Source of the DNA: Balanoglossus misakiensis
Taxonomy: Eukaryota > Animalia > Hemichordata
Direction: 5' to 3'
Assembly (NCBI GenBank): GCA_040954595.2
Contig: CM082577.2
Coordinates: 3,367,703 to 3,431,702 of the forward strand
DNA: 64,000 nucleotides
The translations under genes and the position numbers were made by a program. The notes under the pieces were generated by a model. The model was not told the DNA's origin, did not search any database, and was given only the letters and a program-made list of their open reading frames with translations. Positions 55,282-64,000 of this stretch are shown here, piece after piece; the stretch's first letter is position 1; each line of letters starts with the position of its first letter.

Positions 55282-55866
55282 TTACTTCTTTGCTGCCTTC
55301 TTGGTAGCCTTCTTCTTTGGCTTGGCGGTCTTCTTCGTCGCTGCGGCCTTTTTGGGTTTCGCTGTTTTCGGTTTGACCACCTTCTTCTTTGGTTTTGCTG
55401 CTGCTGCCTTCTTTGTTGGCTTCTTGGGGGTCTTCTTTTTCTCGGCTACCTTCTTGGCCTTTGGCTTCTTCGCCTTGGGTTTCTTTGCCTTGACTGGCTT
55501 CTTGGCTGGTTTCTTTGCCTTGGGCTTCTTTGGCTTCTTGACGGCCTTCTTCTTCTCGCCGATGCGGAAGCTGCCCGATGCACCCTTGCCCTTGGTGTGC
55601 TTGAGTTGACCACTGGCTTCCATGCGCTTGAGTGCCAACTTCAAGTGCACATTGGCAACTTTGGGGTCGCCGACTTTGTAGTTGGCGACAACGTACTTGA
55701 GGATGGCCTGGCGCGAGGAACCGCCGCGCTCCTTCAGGACCTCAATAGCCTTGACGATCATGTCGCTGTATTTTGGGTGAGCGGCTGGTGCCTTTGGCTT
55801 TTTCGGCTTCTTGGCCTTAACCTGCTTGGCTGGTGCGGCCGCGGCTGGTGCTGCTGCGTCAGACAT
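55282..55866 (-). CDS. H1-0: Linker histone H1, H1.0/H5-like (H1-delta type), replication-independent
   Basis: 194-aa intronless ORF. The globular domain [10 protein letters not shown]...[13 protein letters not shown]...NYKVG...[14 protein letters not shown] resembles H1.0/H5, with a Lys/Ala/Pro-rich tail. No neighbouring core histones and no 3' stem-loop seen. Confidence 0.96.
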   Translation of the reverse strand: MSDAAAPAAAAPAKQVKAKKPKKPKAPAAHPKYSDMIVKAIEVLKERGGSSRQAILKYVVANYKVGDPKVANVHLKLALKRMEASGQLKHTKGKGASGSFRIGEKKKAVKKPKKPKAKKPAKKPVKAKKPKAKKPKAKKVAEKKKTPKKPTKKAAAAKPKKKVVKPKTAKPKKAAATKKTAKPKKKATKKAAKK

Positions 55867-55915
55867 GATGAAAGTTTCGATATGTGTGACTCTTCGAGCT
55901 CGAGTTAGCAGAGAC

Positions 55916-56026
55916 GAATGAATCAGATTGTGGTAACGCTGAGTACGCTGCAGTAATAAATAGACTCATTGCGAACGTCGGAGGAAGCACCAAAACAAAC
56001 TCACACAGTTCACACGAAAATGGCCG
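55916..56026 (-). promoter_or_regulatory. Histone H1 core promoter region
   Basis: TATTTAT at 55956-55962, TCATTC Inr-like at 55916-55921 and YY1-like CGGCCATTTT at about 56017-56026, all on the minus strand. Confidence 0.45.
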
Positions 56027-59000
56027 CTAGTGTGAAGCGATGTGCTTGTTACTACATTTACACCAAGAATATTCTGTAACAAGCCCCCTTCCACCATGGT
56101 ATTTCTACTTCATTCGAAAGAGGGAAAAGTGGGCTTTCTTCTGGTATACTGTTCGACTGTTGGCGTTGCGTCTTTACAGAGATCGGCTAATGTTTTCTCG
56201 AATATGTCGTTACTGCGAAACACGTCCTCCTATTTGAAGACGCTGATTTTTTAAATTCGGGCTTGCGGTATGTAAAATATCATGTTTGCGAGAAAGACTG
56301 ATATATCTTCTTTAAGTGCAGAGGGGGTGTTCAATTTCTGGTGGTTTCTTATTAATTTGGCAGGACAAGCAAAATAGGGTAACAAGCACATCTTTCCTCA
56401 GCCGCCATCTTGCATCTCCACAGTATTCCGCCAAAAATACCAATTTTTCCTTTCAAAGGCTGAATTTTGCCCAAAACAACCCAGACTACCCGAAAAGTAC
56501 ATTCTCTACACTTTAAAATGGTTATAAAATGTCTTTGACTAAGTTTTCTTACGATTTTAAACGACCGAAAATCGTTTGTCAATAATGAGATTCATGGACA
56601 AGCTACGTCAATTTTTTCCAAGGGACCTCGACACCAGCAATTACCTAAAATCGTATTTTGGAGTACTACCTTTAGGTATTTCGGGCAAAAATCACTATCA
56701 TGTATAAGAAATCGTTGATTGGCATATGTTGTACAACTTACAACCCTCAATTATTTTTTAAAGTCTTAAAATTCGCAAATTTATTACATAGGGTTGGCTG
56801 TGTGTTCACTCTGTTTATTTGCGTCGTCGTCATCAAGCTCCCTTCCTTCCTGTTGGCTCGACAAGTATTTCGTTCTTTTTGGCACTTTCTGTTTTGCGAA
56901 CAGGATAAATAACGTGCCATATGAATTCCAAATGTCAAAATTGACTTAGAGGCAAAGTTTAAGCAATTTCTAGATGAAAAACGTCGAATAAACACGATTT
57001 TATGGAACTGGTTGCCAAGCCCGTGAAACAAGGCTCGCCATATTGGAGTGAAAATTTCTATACCTTTGACCTCCACCAACTCTCCTGTCGCTTACTTTTT
57101 TAGCACTTTCCAGCGTCATTTTTTTATTTGAAGTATATAAAATAATTGAAAATGTTGTATTTCGATGTTATACAAACTTTGTCTGGCATAAATAGTATTG
57201 CTAACGACTGAATCCATGATATCAGTGCGTTTGTGTGTGTGGCTCGACAAGGCGTTGCCGGGTACAGCGTCACTCTGGGCAGAAAGCTTTTGTGATTACG
57301 CCGTCTAGCACTGGAGACGAAACTCAATCTTTGGGTTAAAATTATCGAAAATTTCTCCAGTTTGAAGTGTATATTTAATAGATATTTGGTCCTTCTATGA
57401 TGTCGTGGCTCTTAATTGTATGATAGCAATAAAAATCGACGGTTTTCAGAAAAAAATGCGTTGCCCAGTCTCCGCACAATGCCTCGCGACAAACAGTGAA
57501 CAGTGTTGTCAGCGAGCTCGACTCGGTCAAGTCAGATCATATTTCTCCTGAAAACATTCTCGATTTGACATTTCTTTTCTTTTTTTGTCATCTAGTTCAA
57601 ACAAAATCTAGGACTTATGATATGATGTTTTAATACTCAAAATCTTTGTATACATCAATAAAGAGATTTGCATTTAATTCGCAATTTATTTCCGGAAAAT
57701 TCCACCAAATCGTTGCACAGACGGGGACTACGTAACAACCATTAATCGCACTGCCATCTTGTCCGTCGTCGAGAAAAATTTCAAACAATCTCCGTGGAAT
57801 TATCGATATTGTGAAGCAAAAAAAAGTATGATTTTGGCAATCTATCATGGCTTTTTCAGCGCTAAGTTCATTTTCGCGGATTTTCTTAGTAACCAACGAC
57901 GGAGACAAGTGCGCAAAGAACGGGCGCTATATTTTAATGAAGCTATTGACACTAGTCGACGTGTTTGTTTGTGGGTTGCTTCGGCTAGCCAGGGTATAAT
58001 TTCTGGGACGGTATCGCTTCTGCATAGATTCATTATCTTTACTCCCATTATCGCGTCAAGCTTGTTTTGCTCTAATTATCTCGCATGAAACTGTGCCACC
58101 GTAATGACTTTGACAGTGCATTTACATTTTGGTGGGAAATCATATATCGCGTCACGACCTGCGGTTCAAGTATGGGACGCGCTTTTGAAAGTACTGCTCT
58201 CGTATTGGTTGTTGGTCGACACAAAGAGACTACGACCTCGCGGTGAACAACTTATCGCTTGTGGTCAAAATATCACCAAACGCGTAAACAAGTGTATTAT
58301 TTGCTTTTCTACACATTTTGATTGTTCGAATTTCATTTTGACTTTACACATAAAATAAAGAGCGCCGTCGATAACTGTGACCAGGGAGACAATAGTTTTG
58401 CTATGACAACACAATGGAGGTTTTGTTTTCGAATTTCAACTCAGAGGTGACGCCGGTTCTCGAAGACGCTTCATTCATAATTTAAAACGGTTTACCACCA
58501 AACCAAAACCCAATTCCAGGATACTTCTAATGTGGTAGAAAGATAACACTTATATCAGACCTAACAACCTACCACAATAATATACACATACCCTGTACAT
58601 ATTTTAAACGTAGTACTACCACATTATTCTGTCTACACACCACAGACAACAGTTACGTAAACTCGCACGCTGGACGACTCGTAAAAAGTATGAAATTCAA
58701 ATTGTAAACCCTGAAATGTTGGGCCACGGATCATTCTGTGTCGGAAAAGTTAATACGATTTATGGGTTAGCTTAATGTATACTTAAGGTGTACTCTGATT
58801 CAAGCTATGCTATAAGCAGGCTCGTAGCTGCTTCTAAACTTTGCCTTCGACTTTCAGAAGGTTGACAATTTGGTTCCCCGAGCCTGGTTCATAAACTGGG
58901 GGTGTGAGTAGCACTGTTACTGCTTTAGGTCTATAAATTTTAAAACAAAATCACACAGTAACCTATTGAAGCGTTCAAATGCGGGCTGTGTGAAAGCCAT

Positions 59001-59587
59001 TATACAGAGCAGGGGACAAAGGCCAAAAAGTTATTTTCGATGGGTGATTCGTTTTGATTTTTGTTCTAAAATGAAGGCGCCGGAGACAATAGAAATGAAG
59101 AGGCGACGACACCACTAGAATAAAGGCACGACGTCAATGATACGCGAGGATCCGACGATGGAAACATTTACACTGTCCTCTGCCGCTATGGTTAAATTAA
59201 TGCAAAAGTCGCATAACAACCAGCCTATGACTTAAGCTACGTTTAAACGATTTTTGGGATGCTCTTTATAAATGCTTCAACAGGTCTACGATTTGGCCAC
59301 GAACTGTATTCAAAGGATAAGTCGACGAGAGATTTCCTTCTTATGGCGCTTTCTGCGTCCGAGTCGGAAGCTTGAGGTGTTCATGGAGGAAGGCGGAGGA
59401 CAGTCCCAAAATAGAGTTTCTCATTTGCCCTCAGGGAGCCGCCGTCGAGTGTGACATACCATGCCACCTGATGATAACGGGTCCACAGGCTCACTGGTGT
59501 CTCTCAATGATCCAACAATACCACAGCATTTTGGTCTCCGACAACTTTGGAAATCTAGCAAACTTTCAGTGACTGTACTGCAGCTGT

Positions 59588-59620
59588 AGTGGTGGTGGTG
59601 GTGGTGGTGGTGCAGTCATG

Positions 59621-59660
<40 letters not shown>

Positions 59661-59687
59661 AGTGGTGGTGGTGGTGGTGGTGGTGGT
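59588..59687. repeat. Compound (GTG)n(GAT)n(GTG)n microsatellite
   Basis: Seen directly. Confidence 0.95.
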
Positions 59688-59689
59688 AA

Positions 59690-59830
59690 TTAAGTGACTA
59701 TTACACGTATGACATAAAAAGCGTTAAAAACCGCATGGTATTTTATGGGATTCGAACCCACTATTTAAACAGGCTTATTTAAACACACCAATTCACATCA
59801 TCAAGCGCTGAAGTCCGCGCACAAAATGAC
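59690..59830 (-). mobile_element. Possible degenerate tRNA-derived SINE
   Basis: Minus-strand T-arm/B-box GTGGG-TTCGAAT-CCCAT (59745-59761) followed about 60 nt later by a simple-repeat tail. No complete cloverleaf. Confidence 0.3.
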
Positions 59831-61444
59831 CGGGCAGCATTGCATGCTGGCGTCGAGGTGCCTAAAAACAAACAGCAAATCTTCAAAACGAAATTGTAAT
59901 AGGCCCATACAATAGGCCCTAAAAAACATTTACGTTAACTATCATAGCAATGTCACTGCGAAAACCTTGTCATGTACGTAACTACACGTACTACATGCGC
60001 ATGGCGTCTGGGTGCAGATTTGCAGAATCAAAACATCCGGTTGGGGAAGCCTGCTACGTCATTTATGTAAAACAGTTGAAAGCGACCCCAGTTTGGGTGT
60101 CCCTAGCTAGCCAACTTTTAAACGTGTGCTTCGTAATGGGGAAATCTTTTGTGTATCAAAGATATGCAGGTTGTGGACACAGGCTTAAGAAATAAATATT
60201 ACCATGATACACATGTACCACCAAATGTCTTTGTCAGTGAAAGAAACATATGCACTTCATAATAAATGGAAACAACAGCTAATATTTGAGGATATTGACA
60301 CGGTCGTGTGGCTGCTAATTTGCATCGTGCTAGGGAGCTTTATTCAACAAAACTTGGCACTCTTCTTGACTTGTTGAGAGCTGATGGAGATCGAGAAGAG
60401 GCTGGATTCGATCTGTGTAGTCGTTCCAGAAGCGAGGGAACAGCGATCTGGGTCAGAATCATAAGATAGGTTGCCTCGAAAGGTAAGGCACGTCGTCACA
60501 CATTCAGGAATCGACAGAAATCAAGGAGCGCGCCGACTCCCAACGCGAAGAAGTTTCATCGTACACTAGGCTGAAAATCTCATTGCATTGTGAGGGCGCT
60601 GGGCCCAGCTATTTCTGAGGTTTTAATAGTCACGCCAAGCTGAACAAATTGTTTTCACAGGCTCCAGTGTCCGTGCGGGATAGAAGAAAACGGTGAGAGA
60701 GGCGGACTAAAAAACAGTTTGGTTCAAACACCTCGTCCGTCCATTTCCTTACTTGTGTACATGTAACCATGGTTACAACGCCTCAAACGTAAGAAGACGA
60801 GATCAAATAATCACATGGTTGATTGCACAGGTTTGGTAATAATTTGATATATATTGTGCTGTTCTCATTTCTAAAGACTCAAAAATGGGAACTCAGTGTG
60901 GCGGGTTTATCAATATGCAGTCAAATTTAAACTGTATTGTTTTCAAGTTCTGCCTGAGAAAGGAAATATGTGATAAAATTATATAATATGATAATCAAAC
61001 AACTTAAGATAATGGAGTGATACTCCCACCCCAAGCGGGTCAATTTACTATGAATTTCACTATTTTATTATCACTGAGTAGAAAACAACAGCATTCTTTA
61101 TTGTAGTCCCCTGCACACATATTTTATTGATCTAGACCAGTCTAACACATTCCAGGCATTCTGTGGCCAAGAAACCCAAGCAGAGTCATTGTTCTGGGAA
61201 AATGAAAGTTTGTTGTTCTTCAAACATGGGCAAACACTGGACAGTATGTCCCTCTATCCTTACTCAGGTCATGGAAGGAGGCACTTCGATCACTCACACC
61301 AAGTTTAAGTTGTAGCATAATATCGTATGATAAATATACATGTAAGTATAAAGTGAAACAAAACTTGTCTTGACTTCTGCAACATTTTTTTATTTTTGAC
61401 TCAAAACTACCCAGATGCACGTAAGCAGTTAAAACCTTACCCAG

Positions 61445-61612
61445 TCTGAAAAAAAAAATCTGACAAGGATGATTTCCATGCACACGGTCATCGACAGCAG
61501 TGGATACAACGCGGAGAGTGATGAAGATGACGCTCGAGGAACCCACGATGCAGGCAGAGTGGGTGTGACCGATGGTCTTCCATTGCTCGACCTACCACAG
61601 AGTGTAGAAGAT
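61445..61612 (+). CDS. Putative exon of an unidentified gene at the right end
   Basis: Open frame ...MISMHTVIDSSGYNAESDEDDARG...LDLPQSVED ending at a GTAAGT donor. Weak acceptor and ambiguous strand. Confidence 0.3.
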
Positions 61613-61655
61613 GTAAGTATGCAAATGCACTCATGTGATGTCAGATCTTCCACAT

Positions 61656-61829
61656 TCTGATTAAAATCAGATGTAGAGTTAGGCGCCATCTTTACTCTTG
61701 CTGATTCTTTGCTGTTCTGTTTGGAAGGAGGCCCACAGAGGGGTGCATATGCCCGAACACAGCCGAGACAAAGAAAAGAACAGCCAAAACTATCACCACC
61801 GCCTAACTCTACATCCGATTTTAATCAGA
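61656..61829. repeat. 30-bp inverted repeat (29/30 match), 114-nt spacer
   Basis: 61656-61685 TCTGATTAAAATCAGATGTAGAGTTAGGCG versus 61800-61829 CGCCTAACTCTACATCCGATTTTAATCAGA. Confidence 0.9.
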
Positions 61830-62997
61830 GTTGGCGTTCCACAGCTGGTAAAATATGATATGGCCGAAAGAAAATTGCTCATAAAAAATTGCATGTTTGT
61901 TACAAAGCGGCTCAATTCCTAATAAACAGGGATATACAGTGTATATGCCTCCCTGGTTTATATTGAAATAACAGAGAACAAAAACACCATTGTGAATGGA
62001 GTGAATGAGAATAAGGCTGAGAATAGGCGCTCTTTGTTCATTCACCAATTCTCACCATATGGTCAGTTTGGTGCCCACTTGCAATTTGCATAGAATTATT
62101 TTTTGACTCATGATTTATTTTGGGATAGAGCAAGCAGAGAAATGGGGATACGTCTGTCTCTGTATCTTTGTATTTTCCTGGTGAAGTGTCGTAAAATAGA
62201 ATCGCGTCTGAAACGTCCAATGCCAGGTGCGCATGCAAAAGTGTGCCATCAGCAACCAAAACCCTTCATGGCTGTAAATCTTACACAGTCAACGCTGCCG
62301 ACCGCCGTGCAGAAAGGCCGTCAGGCATGAATGAGGGGGAGGACTGACTAGCTGTCTCCATAGATGTGTAGAGAACTAAATGACGTGGCGTTGTTAACCT
62401 CTGTGCTTCAGTAGAGTGTTACTGATTGTCTTCGTTCACATCACCGTGAATGGCGGAAAAGCAAACAAAACAAGATCGACCCACATGACTGATGTGTCGC
62501 ATTCATGCCCCGCCATTATAAAAAATGGACTCAATGCAGTCCTTGTGAGGTGCAAATGGTGTCTGGTACTCATGACTGTGACCTCTTTGAGTTACAACAG
62601 TTTGTATTGAGACAATATAGGCTGTGGAAAATTGTCACAATTTGCTGGGCGCATAACTGAAAACCAATTATGCCACTGTTTGTGCTTTCTTTGGAATATG
62701 GTCAGCAGCCTGTTCACTGTAGCAAATATCCGTGCGTTTTGATGGGAAAGTTGCCCATCTCCAGCACTGCCCTCTTGTGGCAGGATTGTGAGTTACATGC
62801 TGGTGTATGATCAGCTCCATTTAGACAACTAGACAGAAATCAGTGTCTCAATATTTTCACTTAAAAAATAATCATCATCACAACCATGTACCTATAGAAA
62901 ATATGACTAGTCATTTATAAATGCAGGATCATGACAGAATGCAGCACAATGCCATGACAATATCAATTGGGGAAAATCATTTTTTTTATATTCACAG

Positions 62998-63060
62998 GAA
63001 TGTGTGGAGATTTGTATTTATCACCCCAGCCAATAATATTTATACACTGTCTGGCTTTAT
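62998..63060 (+). CDS. Putative 63-nt internal exon (phase 2-2)
   Basis: Strong acceptor ttttttatattcacag and GTGAGT donor. Frame NVWRFVFITPANNIYTLSGF. Confidence 0.35.
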
Positions 63061-64000
63061 GTGAGTGGTTTCAGGAATACTAAATGAAAAATGCAAATTT
63101 GGTTCAATTTCTTGAACTCAAACATCCCGGCAGGAATCAAAACTTGTAGCTATCCGTTCATTCCATACATAATGTATCGTTCCCCTTCGTCACTTTTTTG
63201 AAATGCACTGTGGATCAGGAATACACAGTTAGAACAGAATTAAGTTGTGTTGATATGATCGTAGCAATGCCTCCGGTCTTCAAAAACAACAGAATGGAAA
63301 ATACACCAGGAATGTTTATTCCTGAAAACCTATGCGTGAAGCAAAAAAAACCCGGAGCACTGATTGTTGCAAACTACACGTGTATACATTTCTCTGCCTG
63401 CATACAGGACTGTCTTGTGGTAATTATCAATATGACCGGGTCAGTTTTATGAAAATCTAATATACGCCACAAAAGTATCGGTGTGTGCACACGCACAAAG
63501 ACACACAGAATCCGCGGAGATTCAACCACAAGATAACTGCTTGTCACTTTACCAATCGTGGCAGTATCGATTTATGATACACTAGAGCGTTCCATTCCAC
63601 TGGCAGGGGGGATGCAGTCGTGTTTGATTCAAATCTGTGCGTAAGTGATACTCCCACCCCACACAGAGCAGGCCGTGTGGATCACCTGCTTTTGAAATGG
63701 AAGTGTCCCAGAGGTGTCGGGATGGGGGGAATAAGAAATGAGCGCATGATTCAATTATTTAGTCACTGTTTTTGCCCGTTTTTCTGCAAGCCTGCCACCA
63801 CACACAGCCTTGTGTGATGTCAATTTTGTGCGGTGTATTCACGCATGTCCGATCTGACCGCTCGACGGCGATGACTTCATCATCACTGAGATATCACAAC
63901 CAGCCAGACGACAGAGGCACTGACGTTTAGCTAACTTTTGTTTTGAGGCATGCGTATGTATATATACTCGTGCTAACGACTGAAACAATGCGTGTTTCTG

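Noticed and set aside
55301-55908. Plus-strand hydrophobic ORFs (FFGLA...)
   Set aside because: Antisense shadow of the Lys/Ala-rich histone H1.
59745-59761. Functional tRNA gene
   Set aside because: Only a T-arm is present. No acceptor, D or anticodon stems could be built.
1-64000. CRISPR arrays, rRNA, transposase/RT ORFs or prokaryotic systems
   Set aside because: No spaced direct repeats, operons or long transposon ORFs were seen. The sequence is intron-containing animal DNA.

Overview
Eukaryotic (animal) genomic DNA with short GT-AG introns, many microsatellites and recurrent TACATGTA octamers. The composition fits an invertebrate deuterostome such as a hemichordate, echinoderm or amphioxus (inference). 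Almost all ORFs in the six-frame track are spurious. Assembling exons by hand gives four well-supported genes. (1) Minus strand, 26884-29250, 238 aa: signal peptide, Thr/Ala mucin segment, 12-Cys Ly6/uPAR three-finger domain and GPI-type tail. (2) Tandem minus strand, 32897-35823, 297 aa: same exon plan, but signal peptide, mucin and GPI tail only, with no Ly6 domain. (3) Plus strand, six coding exons, 48605-53049, 312 aa: PH-domain adaptor-like protein with an acidic Tyr-motif tail and a possible alternative N-terminal exon. (4) Minus strand, 55282-55866: intronless, orphan, polyadenylated H1.0/H5-like linker histone whose 3' UTR carries Pumilio and CPE elements. Bases 1-26000 and 36000-47000 are mostly non-coding. 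They contain a likely promoter near 1100-1320, a perfect Maf palindrome, a tandem Grainyhead/CP2 site and a candidate 55-aa microprotein gene. From about 60800 the DNA is CpG-depleted and holds putative exons plus a 30-bp near-perfect inverted repeat straddling a candidate splice acceptor. All gene models were read by eye and none was verified by search.
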